Shown: piece after piece, positions 1 through 9,939 of the stretch
How positions within the stretch are numbered: position 1 is the first letter of the stretch
Layout: each line of letters begins with the position of its first letter
NCBI GenBank assembly: GCA_964454955.1
Contig: CAYVVB010000490.1
Location: 1 to 61,342 of the forward strand
Source of the DNA: an uncultured Bradyrhizobium sp.
GTDB lineage: Bacteria > Pseudomonadota > Alphaproteobacteria > Rhizobiales > Xanthobacteraceae
Direction: 5' to 3'
DNA length: 61,342 nt
Position numbers and translations under genes: made by a program
The notes under the pieces: generated by a model
The model's database searches: none
What the model saw: the letters and a program-made list of their open reading frames with translations, nothing else
Told to the model about the DNA's origin: nothing

Positions 1-1025
1 CGCGCGATCCGAGGGGTCAGCCAGGCATGATACGTCGTCGGGTCGATCCGCACTTCGCCCTGTGGCGCGAGGAGGCGCTGGTTGGCCACTGCGGCGCGGA
101 CGATGCGTGCATCATCGGTGCCCGCCTGCCCGAGTGCGGCGGCTAACAGTTTGACCGCAATATACGATGCCTCGGCATCGGCACATGACACCGGGCCATC
201 CGGAAAGGCCCTGGCATAGGCATCGATGAAAGCGGCGTTTGCCGGCGAACTGAGAGAGGAGAAGTAGACGCTCGAGCTCAGATGTCCGTCGACCGCATCG
301 GGGCCGATCTCGGCAAGCTCAGGTTCGGACAGTGTGCAGCTCGCCACCGGTATCTCCGTCGCCTGATCGATTCCGCGCGCGCGGCAGGCCGCCCGGAAGG
401 CGCGAAAGAAGGCGTAGGCGCTGGTGCCGATGAGATTATTGAAGACAAAGTCAGGGCGCTGGGCGAGGATCGCAGCGATCACCTGGTCGAATTCGGTATC
501 GCCGACCGACAGATAGCGTTCGGCGACTACCGCACCGCCTCGCGCGGTCAGTGCCTCGCGAAAGATGCGATTGTTCTCCCAGGCCCAGATATAGTTCGAG
601 CCCACACAGAATGCCCGGGTGCCGACCCGCAAAGCCAGATAATCGACCAGCGGCAGCACGTGCTGATTGGGAGAGGCGCCGGTATAGATGACGTTGTCGG
701 AGCTTTCGAAGCCCTCGTAATGCGACGGATACCAAAGCAGCCCATCGAACTTTTCGAAGCAGGGGATAACCTCCTTGCGGCTCGATGAGGTATAGCAGCC
801 GACCACGTGGCGGATTCCGGCTCCGAGCAGCTCGAGGCTAAGTGTGCGGTACCTTGCCAGATCGCCCGCAGGATTGACCACGACGGGCTCCATCCTGACC
901 TCGCCGTTCGCCTCCGCAATTTCGCGGAAAGCCAGCAGCGCGCCATTCAACATCGAACGCGCGACGACGTTGTATGACCCGGCGGTCGAGAACATCACGC
1001 CGATGCGGCAATGCCTGCGCACCAT
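1..1025 (-). CDS. amiC: AmiC/UrtA-family amide-sensing substrate-binding-fold regulator (3' end runs off the window)
   Basis: Manual translation (absent from ORF track): MVRRHCRIGVMFSTAGSYNVVARSMLNGALLA...VVGCYTSSSRKEVIPCFEKFDGLLWYPSHYEGFESSDNVIYTGASPNQH; GCYTSSSRK and YEGFE motifs; no signal peptide; GAGG precedes ATG at 1025. Confidence 0.85.
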   Translation of the reverse strand, partial: MVRRHCRIGVMFSTAGSYNVVARSMLNGALLAFREIAEANGEVRMEPVVVNPAGDLARYRTLSLELLGAGIRHVVGCYTSSSRKEVIPCFEKFDGLLWYPSHYEGFESSDNVIYTGASPNQHVLPLVDYLALRVGTRAFCVGSNYIWAWENNRIFREALTARGGAVVAERYLSVGDTEFDQVIAAILAQRPDFVFNNLIGTSAYAFFRAFRAACRARGIDQATEIPVASCTLSEPELAEIGPDAVDGHLSSSVYFSSLSSPANAAFIDAYARAFPDGPVSCADAEASYIAVKLLAAALGQAGTDDARIVRAAVANQRLLAPQGEVRIDPTTYHAWLTPRIA

Positions 1026-1037
1026 TCGCCTCGATCC

Positions 1038-1077
1038 AAAAACAAAAAACGCCCGCCGGCCGAAAGGCCGAGGGCGT
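1038..1077 (-). terminator. Intrinsic terminator (attenuator) in the amiC leader
   Basis: Minus strand ACGCCC-T-CGGCC-TTTC-GGCCG-GC-GGGCGT followed by TTTTTGTTTTT, ending 12 nt before the amiC start. Confidence 0.85.
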
Positions 1078-1168
1078 CTTCGCCACCAACCAAACACGCG
1101 GCCATCAGCAGCGTGGCGTTGGAAACTGGTTGAAACTCGCCGCGTCAATGGGCAGCCGTTGCCCGACG
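1073..1168 (-). promoter_or_regulatory. Putative ANTAR-binding dual-hairpin antiterminator
   Basis: Hairpin GGGC-AACGGCT-GCCC (1164-1150) and hairpin GGC-GAAGAC-GCC (1084-1073); the second overlaps the terminator 5' arm; loops near-canonical rather than exact AxxGxx. Confidence 0.6.
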
Positions 1169-1248
1169 CTCGGCATTTAGGCTCCCTTAGATCGGATTTG
1201 ATGTCAAGCGCGTTATGGTCGCGGAACGATGCTTCAATTCGCATCCGT

Positions 1249-1265
1249 TGCAGCAAAACTGTGCA
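1249..1265. promoter_or_regulatory. Possible NtrC-type site
   Basis: TGCAGCAAAACTGTGCA (TGCA-N9-TGCA), upstream of a minus-strand TTGACA at 1207-1202. Confidence 0.35.
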
Positions 1266-1350
1266 AAGGCGCTCACGGCTGCGATCCCGCTCAATCCATC
1301 AGGACCGGGTTCGCGCAAGAGCAAACACGCGCGGAGTGTGCAAGACTGAG

Positions 1351-2112
1351 CTACGAAGCAGCCGCCCGGATGCCCAGATAGCTGTTGATGACGTCCGGAT
1401 TGCCCGCGACGTCTTCGGCCGGCCCCTCGAGCACGATCGCGCCGGATTCCATGACATAGGCGTAGTCGGCGATCCGCAGCGCTGCGCGCGCGTTCTGTTC
1501 GACGAGGAGGCACGATACGCCGTGGTCGCGCAGCTCGGCGACTGATCGCAGGATGTCGCGTGTGACGAGCGGCGCGAGCCCCAGGCTCGGCTCGTCGAGC
1601 ATCAACAGTTGCGGCTTGGACATCAGGGCGCGGCCCATCGCCAGCATCTGACGCTCACCGCCGGAAAGAGTGCTGGCGAGCTGCCGCCGCCGCTCCTTCA
1701 GCCGAGGCAGCAGCGTGTAGACCTCTTCCAGCGTCGCCATGTAACTCCCGTCGCCGCGACGGTAGCGCAGGAAAGCGCCGAGCAGGAGATTGTCCTCCAC
1801 GTTCATCGTGGTGAACAGCTCGCGGGTTTCCGGGATCAGCGTCACGCCGCGGCCGACCAGCGTCTCGACGGAAGGCTGCTCGAAGGCTGTCTCGCCGAAG
1901 AAGCTCAAGCGGCCGCGAACCGGAAGCTGGCCCATCAGGCCGCTCAGCAGCGTGGTCTTGCCGGCGCCATTGGGACCTATGATGGCAACGATCTGGCCGC
2001 GTCGTATCGACAGGGTCAGGTTGCGGATGACGTCGACACGACCATAGCCGATGCTGATGCCCTCGGCCGCGAGCAGAACATCGGACTCGCGGCCCGAGGA
2101 GACCGTCGTCAT
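1351..2112 (-). CDS. LivF-type ABC ATP-binding protein
   Basis: GPNGAGKTT, LSGGERQMLA, LLMLDEPSLGLAP. Confidence 0.95.
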   Translation of the reverse strand: MTTVSSGRESDVLLAAEGISIGYGRVDVIRNLTLSIRRGQIVAIIGPNGAGKTTLLSGLMGQLPVRGRLSFFGETAFEQPSVETLVGRGVTLIPETRELFTTMNVEDNLLLGAFLRYRRGDGSYMATLEEVYTLLPRLKERRRQLASTLSGGERQMLAMGRALMSKPQLLMLDEPSLGLAPLVTRDILRSVAELRDHGVSCLLVEQNARAALRIADYAYVMESGAIVLEGPAEDVAGNPDVINSYLGIRAAAS

Positions 2113-4973
2113 TCCGCGCCTCCGAGATAGGCTTCGATCACCTTCGGGTTGGCCTGGATCTCAGCGGGCGTCCCCTCCGCAAGCTTCTCGCCGAACTGCA
2201 TCACCACGATCCGATCCGCCAGATTCATCACGAAATCCATGTCGTGCTCGACGATCATGACCGCCATGCCCTCGGCCTTGAGCTGCAGCAGCAGGTCGGC
2301 CAGCGCCTTCTTCTCCAGGTGACGCAGGCCTGCGGCGGGCTCGTCGAGCAGCAGGAGGCAAGGATCCGAGCAGAGTGCGCGGGCGATCTCCAGCATCCGC
2401 TGCTGGCCCAGAGCGAGGCTGCCGGCGTTCCGGTCGGCGAGCGCCGCGAGGCCCACCCGCTCCAGCTGGCGTTGCGCCTCGGCCAAAAGAACGCCCTCCT
2501 CCTTGCGGTCGAGCCGCAAGCCTGCAGCTAGAAGCCCGCAGCGTCCCCGCGCATGTGCTCCGATCGCTGCATTTTCCAGCACGCTCATGTCCGGGATGAT
2601 GCGCACATGCTGGAAAGTGCGGCCCATGCCGTCGAGCGAGAGCGCGCGGGTCGAATAATCGCTCTCCCTGCCGAGGAAATTCACCGAGCCCTTGGTCGGC
2701 GGCTGCACGCCTGAGATCAGGTCAAACAGCGTGCTCTTCCCTGCGCCATTCGGACCGATCAGGGCAAAGATCTCGCCGGCGTGAACGTCGAGGCTGATGT
2801 CGCGGTTGGCTTTCACCACACCAAAGGATTTCGTCAGATTGACGACCGAGAGAATTGCTGACCCGCGCGGCGGCTTGTCCCGTTCCGGCAGCGGCGCCGG
2901 TTTGGCAAACATGGGGCGCGCGTCGGCGACGTTGAGGCCGGACAGGTTCATCACCGCGGGCCAGATTCCTTCGGGCAGGAACTGCAGCATGGCGACCGCG
3001 GCGACTCCGAACACCACGGTCTCGAAATCGCCCTGGACATGCAGCAGCTCCGGCAGGTGGCTCTGCAGCCACTGATTGCCTAGCACGACGATGCCGGCGC
3101 CTGCGATCGCACCGGCGATGCTGGAGGCGCCGCCGATGACGGCCATGAACAGGTATTCGATGCCTTGCGCGAACGAAAATGGCGATGGGTTGAGGAAGCG
3201 CTGGTAATGCGCGTAGAGCCAGCCCGCAAGCGCCGCCATCAGGCAGGCAATGACGAAGCTCGCGACCTTGAAATGGGCCGTGTTGACGCCGACACTCTCG
3301 GCCATGATGGTCCCGTAACGCAGGGAGCGGATCGCCCGTCCCGGCCGGGAGTTCAGGAGATTGCGCAATCCCAGCAACAGCAGCAACAGAACGCCCCAGA
3401 TCGCCACATAAAGGCTCTTGGGATCCTTAAGTGGAAAGCCCGCGATCGAAAGCGGCGGAATGTCGCTCATGCCGGCCTGCCCACCAGTCTGCGGAAGACT
3501 CCCGAATAAATAGAAGGCGACGATAGCGACGGCGAGCGTCGCAAGCGGCAGGTAGTGGCCCGAGAGGCGCACTGCGACAAGCGAGTTCGCGAGCGCGATC
3601 AGGAACGCGACCACGAGCACGGCGAACAGCGTGATCCATGGCGAGACGCCGTAGACCGAGGAGAGATAGCCGGTGACATAGGCGCCGATACCGACATAGG
3701 CGGCCTGAGAGAAGGATGTCAGGCCGGCGACGCCGGTAAGCAGCACGAGACCGAGGACCGTGATGGACGCAAGGCCGACATAGTCGAGCAGCGCGATTGC
3801 GTAGTCCGAGAACACGACCGGCGCGATCGCAACCGCCACGATAAAAGCGGCCTCCATCGCACGCCGCCAGCGCCGCCGCCACGTCAGCGTGCCTGGATCA
3901 AGATTCTCCTGGGCGTGCGCCGAAGGCTCTTCGACGACATCTTCCTTTTCCCGCCTGCTCATCCGCATCGATCGGAACAGGAGGATCGGAATCACCAGGC
4001 TGAAGACGATGACTTCCTTGTAGGTGGACGCCAGAAAGGATGAGTAGCTCTCGAGCAGGCCGACCAGGATGGCGCCGAGCGCCGACAACGGAAAGCTGAC
4101 GAGACCGCCGAGAATCGCTGCCACGAACCCTTTCAGCCCGAGCAGGAAACCGGTGTCGTAGATGATGGTTGTCGTTGGCGCGATCAGAACGCCCGCCAAC
4201 GCACCGATCACGGCAGCGACGGTGAACGCGAGTCTGCCGGCGAGAGGAACCGAGATGCCCATCAGCCGCGCTCCCTCACGATTTATGGCAGCGGCGAGCA
4301 TCGCCTTGCCATACAGCGTCCGCTGGGAGGCGTAGTAGAGCAAACCGATCACCCCCAGCGTCACGACCAGGATGGCGATGGTTTGGCCGGCCACCGGCAC
4401 GCCGAAGAGCGAAAAGCCGCCGTCGATCAGCGGCTCCGAACGCTGGCCGCTGGGACCAAAGATGAATAGGGCAATGCCGACCATGACGAAGTGCAGCGCA
4501 ACCGAGACGATCATCAGGACGAGCACCGAGGCCCCGGCAATCGGCTGGTAGACGAGTCGATACAGCAGCGGTCCGCTCGCCCCGACGACCGCGACCGCCA
4601 GCAAGGCTTGCAGCATAAGGGGCAGAGCGACCTTCGATCCGATCCATGCCAGCGCCACGATGGCAAGGGGCCCCAGAATCCGCCGTAACGACGGCTTCAG
4701 CACCGCGAGGCCCCGCCGGTGCCGCACCCCGGAGAAGATGTCGACGGCGAAATGCAGCAGGACGAGAACGAGCAGCAGCGGGATGGTGCCGGGCATACGC
4801 CCGTCCTGGAGCGTCGTGAAGGTGATCGCGCTGAAAGAAACGAACTCGCCCTGCGGGACGAAGATCGTCCGTGTGACCGAGAACAGCAGGACGATCGACA
4901 CCGCGAGCAGCGCGTAGATGAGACCGTTGGCGATGCCGTCCTGGGCGAGATAAAGCGCGACGAAGGCGTTCAC
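2109..4973 (-). CDS. Fused LivH-like permease + LivM-like permease + LivG-like ATPase
   Basis: Single 954-aa ORF: LivH-type N-terminus ([14 protein letters not shown]), LivM-type middle ([16 protein letters not shown]), C-terminal ATPase ([19 protein letters not shown]). Confidence 0.9.
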   Translation of the reverse strand: MNAFVALYLAQDGIANGLIYALLAVSIVLLFSVTRTIFVPQGEFVSFSAITFTTLQDGRMPGTIPLLLVLVLLHFAVDIFSGVRHRRGLAVLKPSLRRILGPLAIVALAWIGSKVALPLMLQALLAVAVVGASGPLLYRLVYQPIAGASVLVLMIVSVALHFVMVGIALFIFGPSGQRSEPLIDGGFSLFGVPVAGQTIAILVVTLGVIGLLYYASQRTLYGKAMLAAAINREGARLMGISVPLAGRLAFTVAAVIGALAGVLIAPTTTIIYDTGFLLGLKGFVAAILGGLVSFPLSALGAILVGLLESYSSFLASTYKEVIVFSLVIPILLFRSMRMSRREKEDVVEEPSAHAQENLDPGTLTWRRRWRRAMEAAFIVAVAIAPVVFSDYAIALLDYVGLASITVLGLVLLTGVAGLTSFSQAAYVGIGAYVTGYLSSVYGVSPWITLFAVLVVAFLIALANSLVAVRLSGHYLPLATLAVAIVAFYLFGSLPQTGGQAGMSDIPPLSIAGFPLKDPKSLYVAIWGVLLLLLLGLRNLLNSRPGRAIRSLRYGTIMAESVGVNTAHFKVASFVIACLMAALAGWLYAHYQRFLNPSPFSFAQGIEYLFMAVIGGASSIAGAIAGAGIVVLGNQWLQSHLPELLHVQGDFETVVFGVAAVAMLQFLPEGIWPAVMNLSGLNVADARPMFAKPAPLPERDKPPRGSAILSVVNLTKSFGVVKANRDISLDVHAGEIFALIGPNGAGKSTLFDLISGVQPPTKGSVNFLGRESDYSTRALSLDGMGRTFQHVRIIPDMSVLENAAIGAHARGRCGLLAAGLRLDRKEEGVLLAEAQRQLERVGLAALADRNAGSLALGQQRMLEIARALCSDPCLLLLDEPAAGLRHLEKKALADLLLQLKAEGMAVMIVEHDMDFVMNLADRIVVMQFGEKLAEGTPAEIQANPKVIEAYLGGAE

Positions 4974-5037
4974 GAACAGAGGCTCCGACTGAGACGCCGC
5001 TGGCGGGAGCTTTGTCGCCCCTCGCCGCGCCGCACGC

Positions 5038-6177
5038 TCACTTCACCAGCGACCAGTTGCCGTTCTTCACCGCGATCATCACGATGCTGCGCTGATCGAA
5101 TCCGGAATGGTCCTGCGGCGTCATGTTGTAGACGCCCTGTGCGCCGGTGAGGTCCCTCACCTCCTCCAGAGCGTCGCGCAAAGCGGCGCGAAACTCCGGT
5201 GTGCCGGGCTTCGCCTTGGCGGCGGCGACTGGAACGGCGCGCTCAAGTAACAGCCCGGCGTCATAGATGTTGGCGCCGAACGTCCCGGGCTCGGTGTCAT
5301 AGAGCTTCTTGTAGGCGGCGATGTATTCAAGCGCGACCTTGCGCGCGGCGACCTCGTCGCCGATTTCCGAGAGCACCAGCATCGGGCTCGCCGCGAGCAG
5401 CGTGCCTTCGACCTTCTTGCCCCCGATCTTCAGGAATTCCGGGGTCGCGGCGCCGTGGGTCTGGTAGATCTTGCCGGTATAGCCTTGGTCGACCAGGGCC
5501 ACCTCCGGCAGCACGGTCGCCGCACCGGCTGTACCGATAAGGACGGCGTCGGGGGACGCGCCACGGATCTTCAGCGCCTGCCCGGTCACCGATGTGTCGG
5601 TCCGCGCGAAACGCTCTTGAGCGATGATCTTGATCCCGGCCGGTTCGGCCGCCGCCTTGAAAGCGGCGGAGAAATTGTCGCCGAGGGGGTCGCTGGTGCC
5701 GATGAAGGCGACCGTCTTGATGCCGGTCTTCTTCATATGCGCGACGATCGCGTCCATTACCAGGTTGTCGTTCTGGGTTGTCTTGAACACCCATCGCTTC
5801 TTGTCGTCCATCGGCAGCACCACCGCCGTGGTCCCGACCGGCGCCAGCATCGGCGTCTTAGCGTCGGCGATGAACGGCAGCACGGCGACAGCGTTTGGCG
5901 AACCGGACGGACCGATGATCGCGTCCACCCTATCCTCGATCAGCATTTTCTGGACGTTCTTGGTCGACTGCGTCGGATCGCTGTTGTCATCCATATAGAT
6001 GTATTCGACGGCAAGATCGCCGATCTGCTTGGGCAGCAGCGCGGCGGTGTTCTTCTGCTGAATGCCGACGACCGAAATCGGACCGGTCGAGGATGCGATG
6101 ACGCCGATCTTGACCTGGGCGCTGGCGGGAAGAACGGTCGCGGTCAAAAGAGCCGCTGCGGCAATCATTCTAAGCAC
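5038..6177 (-). CDS. ABC substrate-binding protein, CouP-like aromatic-acid binding family
   Basis: Signal peptide ending ASA-Q, then VKIGVIASSTGP...DDNSDPT...AIIGPS; start placed at GTG 6177 after AAGGA (ATG 6168 is an alternative). Confidence 0.85.
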   Translation of the reverse strand: MLRMIAAAALLTATVLPASAQVKIGVIASSTGPISVVGIQQKNTAALLPKQIGDLAVEYIYMDDNSDPTQSTKNVQKMLIEDRVDAIIGPSGSPNAVAVLPFIADAKTPMLAPVGTTAVVLPMDDKKRWVFKTTQNDNLVMDAIVAHMKKTGIKTVAFIGTSDPLGDNFSAAFKAAAEPAGIKIIAQERFARTDTSVTGQALKIRGASPDAVLIGTAGAATVLPEVALVDQGYTGKIYQTHGAATPEFLKIGGKKVEGTLLAASPMLVLSEIGDEVAARKVALEYIAAYKKLYDTEPGTFGANIYDAGLLLERAVPVAAAKAKPGTPEFRAALRDALEEVRDLTGAQGVYNMTPQDHSGFDQRSIVMIAVKNGNWSLVK

Positions 6178-6286
6178 GACAAGATTCCTTTCTCGCTTGA
6201 ACAGGCAAAGCCCCTCGACCTCATCGATCTTCCGCATCGCAGCAAATGGTCGGCGTGCGGCGGCCTGGAATTACTCGCATATTCAC

Positions 6287-6298
6287 TGGAACAATCAA
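6287..6298. promoter_or_regulatory. Putative IacR operator upstream of the transporter operon
   Basis: TGGAACAATCAA resembles the palindrome at 7142. Confidence 0.4.
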
Positions 6299-6404
6299 GC
6301 AATTAAAATCGGCTGATCGCGCTGCTTATCGCGCCATCATGCATCAATAGCGGTCAACTGCGGCATCTCTATCGCGGATGGCTGCAAGAGGCATAGCCTG
6401 CTCT

Positions 6405-6884
6405 CTATGGCGAGAGATTATCGAAGATGCGCGCCGACAGCGAATTGAGCAACTGCACCTCCGTCTTCGACAGTCCACGCAAAGCCTCCTTGAACACATA
6501 TCTTACCTTCTCGTGTGTCTTTTCCAGCAAGGCGCGGCCTTCCGCAGAGATCATGACCTCCGTAGAGCGGGCGTCGGCGCTCGATGTCCGCACCGTGACG
6601 AGCCCCTCCCCGGCCATCCGGGTGATCGTTTTCGCCATAGTCGAGATGTGGACGACGCTCTCCTCCGCGATCTCCGATACCGTGATGGCCTCCTGTTCTG
6701 ACAGGAGGATCAGCACGCGCCAGCGCGCGACATCGACACCGCACGGCTTCAGAACCGCATTCATTCGGGCGTAGTAGCGCGCCAGCATGCGAACCGTCTG
6801 ATAAAACGGAGACCGTGTCGCGAGGAAGCGACTGTCCTCGGCCTTAACCTTGGTCTTGATCTGCTCGAATTCGCTTTTTCGCAT
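6405..6884 (-). CDS. iacR: MarR-family regulator, IacR-like
   Basis: FY..RY..M..LK..DVARWRVL..L.E..SEI..ST..K...RM..EGLV...S..D.R.TEV pattern as recalled for IacR; divergent from the iac-like operon. Confidence 0.75.
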   Translation of the reverse strand: MRKSEFEQIKTKVKAEDSRFLATRSPFYQTVRMLARYYARMNAVLKPCGVDVARWRVLILLSEQEAITVSEIAEESVVHISTMAKTITRMAGEGLVTVRTSSADARSTEVMISAEGRALLEKTHEKVRYVFKEALRGLSKTEVQLLNSLSARIFDNLSP

Positions 6885-7141
6885 ATCCCTCTATCCGGCT
6901 TGGCGCCAAACGTGCCCGACAGTCCTTAACATAGGATCCCATAAAGCAATTCGCAGGCCGCCAGCTTCCGAAGCGCGTTCCGCAGCCGACATCTGGGTCA
7001 TCCACGTCTCGATTGCATCGGTTCCGCATACCCTCTCGCCGCATCCAAATCGAGGTCAATTGTTGCGTCGCACGCAGGCGAACGACTGATAAAAAGGCAA
7101 ATCGTGGGCCAATCTTTGTGCAGAGAAGCTAGATTTTTCGC

Positions 7142-7170
7142 TGGAATATTCCACTAATTTGATCCCTTAA
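7142..7170. promoter_or_regulatory. Tandem putative MarR operators between iacR and iacA
   Basis: Perfect palindrome TGGAATATTCCA (7142-7153) and degenerate TTGATCCCTTAA (7159-7170) in an AT-rich patch. Confidence 0.55.
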
Positions 7171-7445
7171 TATTGGCGATCGGTGCAATGACGCCGGGCG
7201 GGGAAGGATCGGGACGCGATGAGCATAGCCGGACTTCGGGTACTTGATAGTGCACGCGATGCATGTGCGTGGCATCGCCTCACGCAGTTTTCGCCCGAGG
7301 ACAGCGGAGACGCAGCCGCGCCGAGCGATGCCGCCGCAGCGCTCACCCTGTCCCACGGCGCCGCTGGCCGCCCGTGCCGCATCACCATGCCGTCTCGAAG
7401 CCGACTTCCAGCTCCGTTAGCAATCACAAAACTGAGGCCACATTC

Positions 7446-8594
7446 ATGACCCCTCCGCTTGCAACGATCGCCAAAGAGAGCGGCGAGAGCCTGCCGGCCC
7501 TGCTCGCCGATATCCGCGCGCGCCGCTCCGAATTCGTCGCCACGCAAAAGATCCCGCAGGACATCATCGACAGGTTCAAGCGGCTTGGCGTTTTTCGCGC
7601 CATGGTCTCCAAACGCTTTGGCGGTGAGGAGCGAACGCCGGCCGAGTTCTGCCGCCTGGTTGAAACCATCTCGGAGGCCGATGGCTCGGCGGGCTGGGTG
7701 GCGAGCTTCGGCAGCGCCGCCTGTTACCTCGCAGCCCTGCCCGATGAGACTCTTCGCAAAGTCTATGCAAGGGGGCCGGATGTCGTGTTCGCCGGCGGAC
7801 TTTTTCCGCTCCAGCCCGCCAAGCGCACCACCGACGGTTTTCTCGTCAACGGCGTTTGGAAATTCGGCAGCGGCTCACCCGGGGCGGAACTGATCGGCGT
7901 CGGCATCTCGGTGGAGGGCGACTCCACAGGCGGCCTGCCCCGCGTAGCCGTGATGCCGGCCAATAAGGTTACGATCCGTCCCAATTGGGACGTGATCGGC
8001 CTGCAAGGCACCGGCAGCCACGACCTTGTCGTCGAGAATGTCGTGGTGCAGGAGGAATGGACGCTGATCCGCGGCGGACCGGCAACCCTTGATGCACCGA
8101 TCTATCGCTATCCGTCCATGGCGTTTGCGGCACAGGTGCTCGCGATCGTAGCCATCGGCGTCGCCCGCTCGGCACTGGACGACGTTATCGCCATGGCCAG
8201 CGTCCGCCCCTCGATCACCGGGGCACCCCTGATGGCCGAGCGCGGCTATGTCCAGCTCGAGATCGCAAGGGCCGAGGCCATGTTGCGTTCAGCCCGCGCA
8301 TTCTTCTACGAGGCGACAGAGGAGCTATGGAGCGAAGTGCTCAACGGCGCGCCGAACCCGAAGACGGTCACATTAATGCGGCTCGCCGCGACCAACGCCG
8401 CCCGCTCCGGCGCCGAGGTCGCCAGGATAGCCTGCGGCCTCGCCGGAACTGCCTCGATCTACACTGCGCATAGCCTCGCGCAGGCGATGTGCGACAGTCT
8501 CGTCGTTGCCCAGCACGCCTTCCTCAGCGAAGGAACCCTGCAAAGCGCCGGCCGAATCCTGCTCGGGCTCCCGGGGCAGCCGGGCTTTCCATGA
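7446..8594 (+). CDS. iacA: Acyl-CoA-dehydrogenase-fold flavin monooxygenase, IacA-like
   Basis: ISEADGSAGWVASFG, FAGGLFP, NWDVIGLQGTGSHD; cluster context; start after GAGG. Confidence 0.8.
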   Translation: MTPPLATIAKESGESLPALLADIRARRSEFVATQKIPQDIIDRFKRLGVFRAMVSKRFGGEERTPAEFCRLVETISEADGSAGWVASFGSAACYLAALPDETLRKVYARGPDVVFAGGLFPLQPAKRTTDGFLVNGVWKFGSGSPGAELIGVGISVEGDSTGGLPRVAVMPANKVTIRPNWDVIGLQGTGSHDLVVENVVVQEEWTLIRGGPATLDAPIYRYPSMAFAAQVLAIVAIGVARSALDDVIAMASVRPSITGAPLMAERGYVQLEIARAEAMLRSARAFFYEATEELWSEVLNGAPNPKTVTLMRLAATNAARSGAEVARIACGLAGTASIYTAHSLAQAMCDSLVVAQHAFLSEGTLQSAGRILLGLPGQPGFP

Positions 8595-8659
8595 GTCGTT
8601 TTCCTGTTTGATCTACGCCTGCCTTTCCACGCGATCTACCGCAATAAGGACGTTCCAAG

Positions 8660-9925
8660 ATGACCATGACAGCCGAGGCAACACCCGACATCAGGCCGCT
8701 GATCCAATCAGACCGCGCGAAGACAACGCTCTATACCGACCCGACGATCTTCGACGCGGAAATGCGCAAGATCTTCGAGAACACCTGGGTCTGGGTCGCC
8801 CATACCAGCGAGATCGCAAACCCCGGAGACTTCAAGACCGCCCATGTCGGACAGCATCCCGTGATCGTGGTGCGCGATCGCAAGGGGGCCGTGCATGTAC
8901 ATGTCAACCGCTGCCGCCATCGCGCCGCAACCGTCTGCGAGGTGCATAAGGGCAAGACCAACAGCTTCGTCTGCCCGTATCATGGCTGGAGTTACGGGCT
9001 GGACGGGTCGTTGCGCGGCATTCCTTATGAGGCGGGTTACGAAGGCGTGCTCGAAAAAGCCAAATTTCCGCTGCGCTCGCTGCGCGTCGAGGAATATGCC
9101 GGCATGATCTTCGCCACCTTCCGCAAAGACATCGAGCCGCTCACCGATTTTCTCGGCCCTGCGAAAAAATGGATGGACCTGTTCATGAAGCAGGGCGCCG
9201 GCTATCCCGTGATGACGCTCGGCGAGCACAAGTTCCGCTTCCCCGGCAACTGGAAGATCCAGCTCGAGAACACGACGGACGCCTATCATTTCCCACTCGT
9301 ACACAAATCGTTCCTCACTGCCGTCGACGGCCAGACCCAAGCCACGCTCGACATGATGAACAAGGGCGGCTTCGTCGAGGATCTCGGCAACGGTCACAGC
9401 GTCATGGTGATGATCCCCGAACTGATCGACCTCGAGGCCGATCTCGACGCGCCGATCCCCGAGAAGTTCAAGGACCTCGCGGCCGAGCTGGCCAAGGACC
9501 ATGGCGACCTCGAGGTGCGCCGCATCGTGCGCGCGGTCGGCGGCTCCGGCTTCAACCTGAATCTGTTTCCGAACGTCGCCTGTTCGATGGCGTTTTTCCG
9601 CGTCCTGCAGCCGATCTCGGTCCAAGAGACCGAGATCCGGCACATCGCGATCGGCATGAAAGGCGGTCCGGCGGCCGGCAATCGAGCCCGCATGAGGCTA
9701 CACGAATTCTTCCAGGGACCAATGGGCTTCGGCAGCCCCGACGACGCCGAGGTTTGGGACCGCGTCCAGCACGGTGCGCAAGGCGACCATGATCTGTGGC
9801 TGATGCTCAATCGCGGCCTGCCCGGAGAGGCGGTCACGCCGGATGGACATCGTCGCGGCGACGTAAGCTCGGAAACAGGGATGCGTGCGGCCTATGCGCA
9901 GTGGGCCAGGATGATGACGGCCTGA
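8660..9925 (+). CDS. iacC: Rieske ring-hydroxylating oxygenase alpha subunit
   Basis: Rieske CRH...CPYH; iron-site ENTTDAYHFPLVH. Confidence 0.8.
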   Translation: MTMTAEATPDIRPLIQSDRAKTTLYTDPTIFDAEMRKIFENTWVWVAHTSEIANPGDFKTAHVGQHPVIVVRDRKGAVHVHVNRCRHRAATVCEVHKGKTNSFVCPYHGWSYGLDGSLRGIPYEAGYEGVLEKAKFPLRSLRVEEYAGMIFATFRKDIEPLTDFLGPAKKWMDLFMKQGAGYPVMTLGEHKFRFPGNWKIQLENTTDAYHFPLVHKSFLTAVDGQTQATLDMMNKGGFVEDLGNGHSVMVMIPELIDLEADLDAPIPEKFKDLAAELAKDHGDLEVRRIVRAVGGSGFNLNLFPNVACSMAFFRVLQPISVQETEIRHIAIGMKGGPAAGNRARMRLHEFFQGPMGFGSPDDAEVWDRVQHGAQGDHDLWLMLNRGLPGEAVTPDGHRRGDVSSETGMRAAYAQWARMMTA

Positions 9926-9939
9926 GAGAGGATATTTCC

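Noticed and set aside
282-1545. Plus-strand ORFs 282-788 and 844-1545
   Set aside because: Antisense shadows of amiC, its leader and the livF-type gene.
7181-7197. ANTAR-like loop GC-AATGAC-GC in the iacA leader
   Set aside because: Only two firm base pairs, no partner hairpin and no terminator.
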